DNA from: Amphiscolops sp. MND2022
Taxonomy: Eukaryota
Length of the DNA stretch: 64,000 bases
Assembly: GCA_964187785.1 (NCBI GenBank)
Contig: OZ076409.1
Coordinates: forward strand, 43,836,001 to 43,900,000
Reading direction: 5' to 3'
Below the pieces are notes generated by a model. It saw only the letters and a list, made by a program, of their open reading frames with translations, did no database searches and was not told where the DNA came from. Of the stretch, positions 19,154-32,280 are shown piece by piece (position 1 is the stretch's first letter; each line of letters begins with the position of its first letter). Position numbers and translations under genes: made by a program.

Positions 19154-20732
19154 TGTCATGATCATCCCTACAGTCTAATGAGCTTAGTGAGCAATCTCTA
19201 GATTGGGGATGATTGTTTGAATTTGATTGTACTCTACATTTGGTATTTTCCCAAACACTTTGGTGTTTTTTACCTTCGGTGTTCCTGCTTAGTCTACTAG
19301 ACCTTGAGTCCACATTTGTCCCTAACCCACTATTTTGTCCGGACAATGAATTTTGGATTGAAGGAAGGATCGAATCGTGAATTGCTGAGTTAATAGACTC
19401 TGTGATTTGTGTGTCCAGATTCCTTTTCAGTTCATCTATTTTCCTATTCATTTGGTAAGATATTTCCTCAGAGATGAGCCTATTAGTTTCCATTGTCATT
19501 TCACATCTATTTCTATCTTCTGAAGTTAATAACTCCTAAAATCCTCACAATTTCTGACCTTGTCGGTCCTTGTCCCATTGGACCTTGAGTCCACTTCTAC
19601 ATTTTCTTTCAGATCAACGTCTGATTGATTTTCTGGGTTTTTTCCCAACATTACATTCATATTTTCAAGATCAGACAATACGTCTGATTGCCTCGCTCGC
19701 TTTTCCTTAGCTTTCTGTTTCCTTGTGGAAGGCATTCAGAAGGTGTTGACCCAAACAATAATTTATTGTTTGTAGCAGTTTTATCAACAACTGAACAAAG
19801 TATAAATGAGAACTAATATCGTTATTTGAAACAACGCTGACAAAGTACAGGTGGACGTTGAGTACAAGAATGAACAAATTATTGCAAATAATCACTGATT
19901 GAGATTTTGGTGTGAGTATAGCGTCTCGAATGATTATCGGTGACCTGTGGTCCCTGTATATATAGTTAGGATAGCATGACACGCAAAATTGTTGCCATCA
20001 CTTTCCCAAAAGTAGCATCTTGTCCTGACATCACAGTGACGCTACGGACGTAAATCTAAAATTAGCACTTCTTTGTGGGCAAGTAGGGCTAAGTACTAAA
20101 AATAGCAACAATTGATAGACTCAAAGGCTAATAGCACATCAAACGACTAAATGGGGGGGGCGGTTAGCCTTCCAATCATCTCTTTCATTATGTCCCAAAC
20201 TATATTATTTACATAGTAGTAATAACACGTACATGTAGTGGACTGTCGGTCCAAAGCAACTAAGCGAGACTAATGGTGAACAATGCACTGCAATATGATT
20301 GGTTAATTGGTTAATGTACCACGCGTCCAAGTTGGCCAATACTGACTACGATTTGAACACGTTTCCAATTAATCGTACAGTTTGCTTTATCGTTTACATT
20401 TCTACTGCTATTCCAATTTCAACTAACTGGTTTACATGATAAAATATACTATAATACATGTATAATCAAACTAATATGATGTACATTGTTAGCTCCGGAT
20501 AAGTAATGATTCGACTATACGTCTATTGTAGACAGGTCGACCTAAGGTCCATAAACTAATAAGTAATTGGTTAAAACAGTACATAAGAACAGCATAATAA
20601 TAAGAGTTGTTTTAAATGTACTAGCAGTCTCCATACTTTAAAGTGGCAACACTCCAGTAGGGAGGTATAATCCGTTGGCTTCATTTGGGGCTATTTGGTA
20701 ATTGTTTCCATCGCAGGCGGCAGTCTGCGACA
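19154..20732 (-). mobile_element. Candidate solo LTR / retroelement relic containing a frameshifted coiled-coil ORF
   Basis: TGTC...GACA ends flanked by CAAGC direct repeats (19149-19153, 20733-20737); TATA-like motif near 19960; broken ORF MPSTRKQKAKEKR... (19735 to 19154). Confidence 0.4.
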
Positions 20733-21524
20733 CAAGCCTTATAGGAAGAACAAAATCCTGGTTAAGTAGATGTTTATATGCAAAAATTTGATAAAAAATT
20801 GAACAATACAGTCTAGCTTCATTATTTTAATTCTAGTCAAAGGGATATAGGGTCTCTGCATTGATTTTGCAAAGCACCTGGAGGAGGGCTTGAATTGTCT
20901 TACTCAGGTGAGATCTGGTAAAATAGTCTGTCACAGGCAGCAGCCTGCGACACCCTGTAAAAATTAAAAAATGCGGGTCCGACTCAAGTCGTCGTCTAAC
21001 TCATGTTTCAACAGAACACGTTTCTTGAGTATGCAAAGGACACTAATGTCAGTACCGCAAAATATCCGAAGGCATACCCATTAGACTCGAAATTTCGAAA
21101 AGTCAATAAATCTAATGAAGTGAAGTAATGAAGGGGTACACTTTGACCAAACTTTTTTTCGACTGAATGTCGCACAAGGTTAAAAAACCGTAAGTATTTT
21201 CCACAATTCTTCTGAAGAGTGTCATCTGTTCCATAGGGCCAAAATATTATTCATTGGGGTCACACTTAGGACTCGGAAAAGGTATTCATTACAGAAAACA
21301 TTTAAAAAATGAAATAGCTGAATTATTTCAACAAAAAATTCAAATGCTTCGATAGATTGTATTGTCCCGAAAACCCTTAAGGTGGCCCTCTCCGCTCGCA
21401 AAAATGATCCTGCTAAAAATCCAAAAATGGTACGTCGATTGAAAAAAATGCCTAAAATATCATATTGTGCTGAAAAATTTCTAAATGCGGACCTTCGGTC
21501 TCCTTTTTTACATATAAAAATTTC

Positions 21525-21620
21525 AATTCATTGCGAGACTCGAACCCAAGTACTCCTGTTTTTCAGACCTCTCCACCAGTACTGGAAATCCGCTTTAAAA
21601 ACTTGGCCAAGTGGCAGAGA
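21525..21620 (-). repeat. tRNA-derived SINE-like head; related copy at ~61825..61905
   Basis: B box GTTCGAGTCTCGCA on the minus strand in both copies; A-box-like TGACCTATTGG in the second; no cloverleaf. Confidence 0.45.
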
Positions 21621-22525
21621 GAAGTTACAAACTTATAGAATAGGTCAAGGGAAACTTTGAGTTCGCTTGTCTGTAAAAAACTCCGTAATAGTGCATTATT
21701 TTCGAACCTCCTCCTCAATGGAAGGCAGCATTTTTCGAATATACAGTCAAAGTTTCAGATATAGAGTTCTGGGTCACCTCCCCTCCAACTTCGACCTCCA
21801 CCTTGGTGAAACGCAATTGAAATTCTGTATGTAGGGTCAAAGTTTGGATATAGCGCAATAATTCCGCTCCTCACCTCCTCTTTAAGAAAACGCAACTGGT
21901 TTCGTTTATAGCGTCAATAACATTAAAAGGTTCCTCAAAAACGGTAAATGAGGATTACGTTATATCGGTCAGTGTAGTCTTGGATAGACTCGCATAATCA
22001 ATTTTTCCTGGGCTACCATTGGGAAAGGCCTTAGAAATGCCACCTCTGTGATACGCAAAAATGTTTCTACAAGTCGCCCGCTAACCACCCCTTCTATTTT
22101 CCAGCAAAAACGCTACTCGATGGTCAAGAGTAGCCATTGCACGATGAAAACGCATAGAAAATTATTGAAAAAAGTTTGACACTCTCGATAAATGTCATAC
22201 CATTTTAGAAACAAACACTCCGAGAAAACACTAAACACCTTTTTGTATTGTTGTCGCCTTGTGTGGATACCGAAATCAAACCGACCATTTATTTATAACT
22301 TCGCACGAATACTCACTGAAAACCTCGAAAAGTTTCAGAAAACTTTGATTTTTTTTACAACTTTGCGGTCTTTGAGACATTTTTCTAAGAAACTGCAGAT
22401 GCCATTTTAAAAACGGCTGCTTCTGAATACCGGGTTCAGTTGTTGTTGAATTACGAAAATGCTTGAAAAGTCTACAAAATTTTTCAATTTTAGGAAATTT
22501 TTCGATTTTCCGGTTATCTGAAGTC

Positions 22526-22759
22526 AGTAGTAGGGAAAGGGGGATTTGACGCCAACGCAAGGACGCATGGCGCCTCGCCTCATCGTTCACGCTCCCTCTT
22601 CGGCTTCGACCCCATGCTTCGCCATTCGCTTCGCTCATGGCGACCTTGCGCTAACGTCAAATCCCCCTTTCCCTACTACTTAGGCATAACACTAAACTCA
22701 AGGGCACTCCCACACTCACCCTCACATCACTCACAACATTCTCACGCTAACGTCAAATC
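22526..22759 (+). repeat. Left TIR of Maverick B with internal hairpin (22526..22680)
   Basis: Reverse complement of 39253..39487 with scattered mismatches; 26-bp perfect internal inverted repeat. Confidence 0.95.
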
Positions 22760-22813
22760 GCATAAAAAATTGTTCATCCATTTTAAAGTAAACTAACTAC
22801 ACTAAAATAAAAA

Positions 22814-25800
22814 TTACATCCAAGGAATACTTTCAGTGTTACGTTTTTCGTCAAATGCAGATAAAGAATTCTTAGTCACCTTTTGAAGAAACATATCATA
22901 TTTTCAACAATTTCGTAGTCACCTTTTGAAGAAACATATCATGATTTATAGATTTGATTACAAAATTTTCACACTCTTTTCTATAATCGCCCTCAAACAA
23001 GCATTTGTGATACTCTTCAAACGTAATATTCTTACTCTGAGATTTTGAGATACCTTTCAATTTAATTTCATTTTTACACCCACATTTATAAGAATACGAT
23101 CTACTTCTCAAACAAACAAATTCATCTATCTTAACAATCTCAAAAGTTTCAATTTTAAATTTACCAAGTACCTTTTTATTTACTTCACCAAATAATGTGT
23201 GCTCTCTGCTTAAATTGCTGAAATCAAAGTAATCTCTCAGAATATATAAAACCATAACGATACCTTTCGTGTTAACACTCAAGACAAAACTGTCCGTGTT
23301 GTGAACGATTAACGGATACCCACAAATGAAGTCATGAGATTCTGTTTCTAAGTCATAGACATAATCACTCTTCCTACCTCAATTTACTGCTTTTTGTACT
23401 TTCTCATCACTCATCTTATTACCAATAATTAGTATGAAAACATTGAATTTATCATCTTGCATAGCAATTGCAGTACTTAATCCCTAAGACTGACAGAGAT
23501 AATTCAAACCAGACATTGTAACTTTATTCTTTTGAGACAACGATATATTTTTCTCTTCTCCTTTCGATTCCCATCAGCTACATAGAACCCGATCTGGTAC
23601 CACTTTCTAGTCTCAAGTAATTCATTCAAGATGTAGGATGGAATTCTTTTCTCCTTCTCCTTCGTAAAAAATTCTTCAAACTCTAAAGCCATATTCTTCT
23701 TACCTGAAGCAATTCTACAAACATGATTCGATTCTCTAATATCATAACTTTAAAATATCTCTTTCCAGACTTCATCGGCGTATCGCTTTAACTTCTCAAT
23801 TATTCTAAAATCTAGATTCTTCAAAGTGCAGCAATTCTTCAAACCTGAACTGTAGTTGTATAATCCAGAAGTTCCATCTCCTAAAAAGAATCCTTTAACA
23901 GACATCACTTTCTCTTATAAAGCAGTAGCTTCTGTGTTGTAAAGTTTATCAATAATCTCATCAAACATCACACAAGACTCTCTAAACTCAAAATAATTAT
24001 GCAACAACTCTTCTTCTAAAATCAAATCAATAGGCTTAACCACTTCTCTGTTCTTGTTGAGTAGACTATGATCTTCAGTTACATCAACGATGTTTTGTTC
24101 TAATTCTGAAGATATCTTTCTCAGTCTTATGTCTCATAACCTTCTTGATTTCCCTCCAACCCTCACTGGTCCACACTTGAAGATCCTTAACATCACTGAA
24201 TTTCTTATCGTTTCCCCAAGGAGTTGTAACACTATCGTCTTTATACCAATTTTCATCTCTAACAATCGCATCAATTCTTAAAGTTTTCACATTCCCATTC
24301 TCCATTCTCCTCTAAATTAAAGTTGTATCTCCTGTCACACTATCCATATAGTGGCAAGGTAAATTTTCTTCTCCAAAACATGGCTAAAATATATCATAAT
24401 ACGTTTCATACTTGAACAGCTTGCCCAGTTCCAATACCGAAAATCCAAGACATATTGGTTTGTCCATTAGCACCTCATTCTCTTTAAATGTAAAACTATC
24501 ATTATTCTCATAAGTTTTATGAATCCCACTAAACCCATCTTCTCTTCTTCTTCCTTTTTAATGAACTCGATCTTACTCCTAATTTGCACATTCTCCATTG
24601 ACTTTCCATAAACCGCATTGTTTAATAGTTTGTAAAAATCTTCTTCGAAATCGTTTTTTTTATTTCGTTTCTGAGTATTGAAATTGATATTAATTTTTGA
24701 CCATTTACTCTGTTTAAAAGAATTTACTTCATGAACTTCTTTCAACAGTCATACCCTGTCTCACATAAAACTTCTACATTCTATAATGAACTTGAATCAG
24801 TTACTTCTTCTTATCCGTCTAATCACATATTATCTTCTTACATTTGGTGTGACTCCCCTGCTTCAATTTTTTCATATAGTCAGTAAACTTATCTTGAGGT
24901 GAAAACTTATTCTCTGGACAGAATGGAGAGTTCTTAGCATTCTTTTTTATCTCATCAGGATATTCCAGATCATAGTTTCAGATTCAAGGAAAAACCAACT
25001 TTTCTATCATCTGAAGTGTTCAAAATATCTTCTAAATTAACATTATCAACAAGTTTAATTTCATCATATGGCAAATTCTGACTCATCGCCCATCCATACA
25101 AATTATATACCCACTCAGTATATTTCAAACCACATTCCCAAGTATACCCTGAAAGACTCAGATGATGGAGGGGGTTGACTATAAATTCATTTAATGATAC
25201 CTTTATGAACTTCTCAAACACATCTGCTACTAAATTTACATCAGTTTTCAAATACAACTCAGTCAACTCCTTTCCAGTTTTAATCTTAAAAGTATGAAAG
25301 ATCTCATTTGTCCTTTGAATTTCACCATCCTGAGGTTGTCCATTTTTCAATCTTTTGAAGTAATCTTCTTTTGTAAGATTTGTAATCGGTAAGTTGTAAC
25401 CATCATATGATTTAAAGTATTCATAGGGATATGCTAACTTCTTACTTAAGAACTCACAGTTATTAGAAAAGTCTTTCTTCAAAATAGTCAGCTCATCAAC
25501 TGTTTTAACCAAATCATCTAAACTATTTTGTAGAAATCTATACGAATCTATAAATCTATTACCTCCATATGAAATTGAGATATATTTTTCATTCGTTCTA
25601 GGTATCACATGAAGGGGAATGTTTTCTGGCTTCTTATCAATCAGTGTTATAAAGAACAAGTGACAATCAAAGTTACTGAAATTGTGAAACATAAACGGTA
25701 TGAAAATACTTTGTTCTGTCTCAGATTTATATTGCACACCTCAAATGCAGCTCTCCGATACCTACCATAAAAATGGCAGTGATCTCTGACAGCTCTCCCT

Positions 25801-27339
25801 CCTAAAGGAAGTTCACAAAACCAACAGACTGTACTGTTCTTGAAATCCTCCTCATCTTCTTGACTCGTTACATTATTTTTCTTTGTATTCTTAAAATAGA
25901 AATTCATATTATTCTCGATCTTTATGACTTCATTACCAAACCTTTCAAAATTAATCTCACCAAGACTACTCTGATATCCAGACTGTAGAACATCAATCAA
26001 CTCAGATACTATGTAAAATCTATTACACTTTGGGTTTTGTCTAAAAACAATTTTAGTTTTGTTACCCATTTGCTGCAACTCAGCAATGGTGTTGTCACAT
26101 TCGAAATCACCATATATCCTGATATATAGTGGAATCTTATGAAAGTATTTCTTTTACGTCAAATGACTTTCCTTACTAAGTCTGATAGCTGTGAAATCTT
26201 GCTGTCTACATCTCTCAATATGTTTAACCAGAACATCCTCATTCTTAAAGCAAGTTGGCCATCTACGACAAACGAATTTAGCGTTCTTACTTTCTAAGAA
26301 TACATGTAGTTTCTTAATCATTGCATAATGATTTTTATAAATCAATAAATCAGTGACTGTTTGCGAAATGTTCTCACTAACCTCGATAGGGATCAGTTTA
26401 TGTTTTCAGTTTATCCCCTCTTGATAGAACTGTAACTCAAATATATTGATAGCTAGATTATTCATCCTTCGAAATTGGTGACATCTAAAGTCTTGGAGGG
26501 GAATTCTAACCCATCTAATTAATTTCACCAAAATATCCCCGATAGTTTGAAACTGTTTGGGTGACAGTTCTCAGAAGGGTGAAGGTGAGCTAAGATGCTC
26601 CATAAAAAACAATAGTTATCATCATTTTCAATATTCAAAATAGCAGAACTTCCAAGAGGTATTTTAACATAGCTGCTACCGTCTAGTTCATCAATTTTAT
26701 AGAAGTAGATCGTCATCGATACAATTTTGTAGAACCTCCATCCACTATCTTTCATCTCGAGATTTTCAATCTTCGCACCCGTCTCTTTCTCGACATCATA
26801 CTTCTCAACATCACTCCATGTCAAATTCTGAGTAACCTGTAAACGTATGAATTGTTCTGTCTCTTCTGAAGTCCTTTATCAAAGATGGTGAAATACACAA
26901 CTTGATGTTTGAATTTAAACTGTTTTAGCAATCTTTCAGGGATCTTAGCCATCTCTCTGAAAATATTATTCAGATCGAACAATTCAATGGGAAGGTTATA
27001 TTTAGATTTGATGGTTATCTTGCTATTTAAGTGGTTGGGATGGTGTCGATCAACGTTAACCTCATATTGATGTTCATACCTTCGACTGAAGTAATATGGA
27101 TTTAACATGTGCTCACCAACCTCTTTATTAGAGAGATTGACTTTTGCTCTCGCTAACTTTCTCAATGTTGGCACAGTTCGAGCTTGTTGTGCCCTTTGTC
27201 GTATCGGTTCTTCGAACAAATTTGGAGAAATTAAGAGTGCGTTCGCCTCATGGAGCTTAGATTTGAGATGCTTCGCGAACGATGATCTGTGTATCTGTTT
27301 ATTACAAACGTCACAATGCTTATATTGTGCGTCTTCCAA
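22814..27339 (-). pseudogene. Protein-primed PolB with endonuclease VII-like (DHCH) insert and intein
   Basis: Fragments: N-terminal zinc finger, IYGDFEC, CWFC...VRDHCH, FHNFSNFDCH, FIDSYRF, KLAYPYEY, KTDV, NLYGWAMSQ, KLLNNAVYGK, YMD/TDSF, LGKFKIE, KGISK; many stops and frameshifts. Confidence 0.93.
23298..24341 (-). mobile_element. Intein with LAGLIDADG homing endonuclease in PolB motif C (decayed)
   Basis: Block A SVTGDT after YMD; block B VDVTEDHSL; GFFLGDG (~23873-23893) and GFYVADG (~23571-23591); blocks F/G YVYDLETESHDFICGYPLIVHN followed by extein TDSF. Confidence 0.93.
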
Positions 27340-27418
27340 TTATTATAAAAGGATTTATTCAAATGATTGATTTCAATTAAAGAAACCTAAGCAAATGAGT
27401 TATTGCATTGAGGATTTG

Positions 27419-28075
27419 ATGAATAATGACCTAGTTAAAATCTGTTCCAAATGTGGAATCGTACAACTGAAAATGAATTTTAATAAAAATAGGAGTTGTA
27501 AATGTGGTTTGAGTAGATGGTGTAAAAGCTGTTGTAAAATTTATAACAGAATGTAGTATCAAGAAAACCATTAACATATAAAAAGACATAACGATGAAAA
27601 TCGTGAAAGACATTGTGAAAATATGAAGAGATATCATCAAACAAATCGTGAAAATATGAAGAGATGTTATCAAAAAACTCGAGATCACAGGCGTGAATAT
27701 GAGCATAATATAAGCTAACAGACTCAATCTATAAATTAACAACTAACTTAAGAGCTAGAACAGTTCAAGCATTCAAAGCTCAAAATGTATGTAAGAATAG
27801 TAAAACAGTGGTTATATTAGGTTGTTTTCATTCCTTCTTGAAACATTGGATCGAATTTCAACTTTATGGTGAAATTTGGCATATCAGTCATTGTGTTCCT
27901 ATATTAATAGGAATTCCCAATAATCATAATTTATTCAATGAAGATGAGGTGAGAAAGTGTTTTAATTGGAAGAACCTAAGACCGATGTATTCGAACGATA
28001 ACTCAGAAAAGAGTAATACAATTATATCAGATTCTATTTGTTACAGGAGATTAAAACTATGTATTTCTTAAAGAT
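27419..28075 (+). pseudogene. HNH endonuclease 1 (giant-virus type)
   Basis: ICSKC...WCKSC, LGC...LKHWIEFQ, WHISHCVP, CFNWKNLRPM..DN..K. Confidence 0.8.
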
Positions 28076-28103
28076 CTGGATATAAAACTTTTAACTTCAA
28101 TAT

Positions 28104-29030
28104 TCAAATTTTAATTTTAACTGTAATTTCAACTTTATCTATTTTTTTAATCTTTCTGAATTCTGAAATATAATCTTCGTCTTTGCTTGCGGATTCAGAA
28201 TCTGAAGTTTCTGAATCATCGATGAACTCCTCATCTGAGTTATGTAAAGTTTCATCTTCAGAAATCTCACTCTCTGAATAGATTGTTTCACTGCCGCTCA
28301 TTTATATACAAGAAGAGTTCTTTTGTTATGCATAACCTTTCTTCTTTCATGAAAGTAAGAGCAGTACCAATCAAATCATAGTGATTCACATTCTCATAGT
28401 ATCTAGCCGAGACCAGCCACTTCATCGTTCTCAGGGCATAGTTTCCAGCTTTGTGAATTCCTTCCGTTTCTCTCACAAGGGCATTTGTTTCAGAATCATC
28501 AGGCGTATCATCAAACTTTTTGAGGATTTCTTCTATAACATTTAATTTCTTCTGTGTAAGATATGTTAAGACAGCTGCAAGAACGTCTATTTCATTGGTT
28601 TGAACTGTCAATTTAATCTCCTCTCGGCAGATAGCTATTATTTAGGGGGTTGCATATGTCAATCTTCCTTCAAAATTGACAATCTTCTATCTTTGGGTTT
28701 TTGTCAATTGATTCTTTGTTTTTATAACATTAAATTCACAGACTAAACAAGTGAATTCATACTCATACTCAAAATAGAGCATTCCTATTACATCTCCTAC
28801 ACAAGGTAGGGCTACCAGCAACATCTTCCTCCACTATTTCGTTAGAATTCGAAGAGATCCATGATCAAGCTCGATTACATTCATCTTTTTCTCTAGTTTA
28901 ACACCATTCATAACTTCATCTTTTGTTTTCAATGACTTTGGAGGGGATTTTTCTCTCAAAACATTTCCTCACTGATAATGTATTTTGGATTGTTGACTTC
29001 AATGTAAAGTTTATTAGTTATGTACTTCAT
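28104..29030 (-). pseudogene. Cluster of three small genes homologous to element A 1690..2585 (acidic protein, zinc-ribbon protein, 65-aa protein)
   Basis: Alignable at nucleotide level with element A, in the same order. Confidence 0.85.
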
Positions 29031-29034
29031 TTAT

Positions 29035-29898
29035 TATATATTATTTACTTGAATTAAAATTTCAATTTTTTAATTACAGTTTCATTTTCATCTAATGTTA
29101 ATTTACTCTTCTTCAAAAAAACTTCGTTATAGCGTTCAAGTAAAAAATCAATATGATAACCGGTATGATATTGTCAATAATTTCAGTAATTGTGTAGAGT
29201 TTATAGCTCCAGTTTGTTGAATCTTCCTCAGAGAAAATACTTCTCTTTTTCTGCTGTTCTAACAAAGTCTCCTATTTCGTATTTTGGTTTTCGTTTGTTT
29301 CTTTTGTCCCGTAGAATATTATATATTTCCTCTTTTTTTGAAGCATCTATTGGAGTCATTTTTTTGAATGTTGAATGGTGTTATAATTTTTCTTTATAAC
29401 TAATGGAAGTTCATCTAACCAATTACAATTACTTTTCTCAAAAACAGGTTTTTTCAAAAAATTTCTAATTGTTCTATTAAACCTTTCAGCAAAAACTGTT
29501 CCTTTATCGGTATAACGATTATTTTTTTTATTATCATTAACTTTTAGAAAATCATTAAAGGTTCTATTATCGAATTCTTTGCCATCATCTGTTTCTATTA
29601 ACTTTGGTTTTCTCTTTGATTTGTTTATAATGTTGGAAACTTCATCAGTTATCGTTTGAGCGAATTTATTTTTCAATGTAACTACCCATCCAAATTTACT
29701 AAATTTGTCTATAACTACTAAGAGGTATCGATAACCTTTGTTGTTTTTAGATCCATAATCAACAATGTCTAGTAGGTCCATACTCGAAGTATCATCATTG
29801 TGTTTCACTATTATTGTTTTGTTTGTGAGATAGTACTTTTTAGGTGGATTAGCATAGATTTCATGGATAAAAATGTCAATCAGAGATTGTCTCACCAT
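29035..29898 (-). pseudogene. rve integrase
   Basis: SMDLLD, ETDDGKEF, AERFNRT; frameshifted C-terminal part (KPKYEIGDFVRT). Confidence 0.9.
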
Positions 29899-30640
29899 TT
29901 AACTTTTCGAAACAATTTGCTTTAGTCTCTCTAGTAGATATAACCAAAGATCTATTTTGGCTCCTTTTGACAGATTTTCTTTAGATCGCCGTGGTCTCAG
30001 TTTAATCCATCAAAAACAACTTTTGAGTTCAGCTTCATTGAACAGGTTAAAGGAAGATATAGGAAGACAATGGTAGATGTACCATACTCCACCATAATTT
30101 TCAATTGTCATCTCATCGAAAAGCTGAAATTCAATCCATCGCTTAAGAAACTGTTGAGAACAACCTGACAATTCAAATGTTTTGTTATCCCTTTTCACAT
30201 TCTGTTCTTTAAAGGCTTCTCTTGTTCTGTTTTGCAAGCTACAAACCAATTTAAATAAAGGATCAGTTTTTCTTCTACGATAAAACTCTCTGTATTATTC
30301 ACATTTATGGTAATTAATACAATCTTTACAATTTCTTCTAACACCTAATTCAGTATCTTTTCTTCTAGTGAAACATTCAATTTTTTTTACAATTTCACAA
30401 AATCTATCTTTTAATTCTTTTAATTGAAAAACCCACTCATACTTTTCTGGTTTTTGTTTCTTTAACTGTTTCTCTCTTTCATAGGTACAAGTTTTTACAA
30501 GCGTTTTCGTAACGGTTATTGTCTTTTCTAATACTGAAGTTAGAGATTACACCAACAACTCCACACTTACTACACTTCTTGACTAGATTATAATCGAATA
30601 AATCCCTAATCGAAAAACTCTTTTACTTGATTTCATTCAT
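29899..30640 (-). pseudogene. HNH endonuclease 2
   Basis: Two CxxC modules, TDPLFKL, GCSQQFLKRWIEFQ, ENYGGVWYIYHCLPISSFNL, CF.W..LRP...ENLSKG. Confidence 0.82.
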
Positions 30641-30659
30641 CGTCGTGGATGTAAAAATA

Positions 30660-31235
30660 GACCTTAACCTGATGTGAGTGTTCCAATCTTAACAGCTCCT
30701 CATTCCCACTAACAAATCAACCAGCTTGCATAGCAGAAGATAACATTGCTTGAGGATTTCTAGAGCTCACACTCGCTCCAAATTGAGAAGCAACTTTGAA
30801 AGCTCTCATGGGATCGTGTAATTTTGTTACCATTATCCTTACCTAAAGGCTTCAAACCTTTCTCCCTAACATTCTTATAAAATCTCTTGATACTATCGCC
30901 CTCGAGATTACGTTGTTACGTAGTATAAGGTAAAGACTTTTTCCATAGCACGAATGACAATACCCTCGCGGAGGAATAGATTTCCAGATCCTGTCTAATG
31001 ACCATAGGGTCTATCAGATTTTTCATTCCTTCCACATTTGCATTTGGAATTAGCTAAAAAACTAGTACAACGGTTCATTTTTATGAAAGAAATTGACTTT
31101 CAATCCTTCCACATGTTTCACAGATACCTTTATCGAATATAACGATTTTTCCTGTTTTAGAATTGATTTTCAAAGACCTAGTTGAGTTTTCTGTTTCACA
31201 ATGATGTCTTCCGGCTTTACAGAAACTTTTCATTC
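30660..31235 (-). pseudogene. Homologue of core-like protein 8372..8773
   Basis: GRHHCET...KTGK...GICETC and DPMRAFKVASQFGASVSSRNPQAM. Confidence 0.65.
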
Positions 31236-31239
31236 ATTA

Positions 31240-31983
31240 CTAACAAAAACGTTCCTCATAAGTAGGTGGAGCTGAAGGTTCAAAATTGTTTCCATTTTCT
31301 TTGAAGATGAAATTAAATTTAATTTTTATATTTACTTCAATTTTGCAAAAAAAGGCATTGAACGTTTGTATCTGTTCTGCATATATGTTCTCTACAAGAT
31401 CTAGATTACCAAAAATATCCTGGACTGTAAATTTGGTGCTATCCATGATTTCTTTTCTCTCAGTTATGTAATGGTTATAGATACTTTTCACTTCTTCACT
31501 TTCCTTTTCATCAATCTTTTTATCCACCAGAGACTTCTCGAGAGTTTTCTCATATAGAAGTTTAATCATCCTAATGTGATCTCTCGGGTTCCGATAACGT
31601 GATTTCAATCTTGAGAAATATTCATTGGTGAAGAGAACAACCACCGATATCACAAAGCCGGATACTCCCGCTATCGGTACACCAATCTGCGTTCCTACAC
31701 CAGTACTGGCAAGGTACTCCCGACAACTACTCCACTCGCTCCCGCTAAAATTTTTGGGATCGAGATATAGATTTTCTTTTTATTTACAGATTTATATTTC
31801 TTTTTGTAGAATTCGTTATCGATTTCAAGACTTTTGAGAATATTTGCGTCGTCATGGTTTTCTGCTTTTTATTTCAAATCTTTAATTTCACCATCTTTAG
31901 TTTTTACTTTTCATATAGTGGTGTGGACAAGTTCTTGATTTTGAAGGTTGTATGAAGAGGTCTTTATTGTCTACAAATTCCAT
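31240..31983 (-). pseudogene. Hydrophobic-hairpin membrane protein homologous to 3960..4496
   Basis: STGVGTQIGVPIAGVSGFVISVV...KSLVDKKIDEKE. Confidence 0.7.
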
Positions 31984-32280
31984 AGCCTAAAAATCTTTTA
32001 ATGATTTTTGTCTATGAACTTTCTGTAGAGCAATGTCTTTGATTATTCTATAAAATAAACTGTGAGACAAATTGTCTTTTATCTCACTTTCTGTATATCC
32101 AGACTGTTTGAATATACCTTCATCAGTTAAACCTAGATTCCTCCTCATTTCTCTGTTCTTCATAAAACTCATCATTTGTCTTAGTCAATGATTCAATTTA
32201 TCTTTTCTGCAACGATTTCACATGACTTCTCCCTAACCCACATTCTTCAACTAGATTGGGATCTGATAGAAGACAGGTGG

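Noticed and set aside
22276..22796. ORFs over the TIRs (also 12953..13246, 39237..39467)
   Set aside because: Arise from GC-rich hairpin sequence, and two run across element boundaries.
22873..22943. 27-bp direct repeat in the PolB 3' end
   Set aside because: Simple local duplication in a decayed copy.
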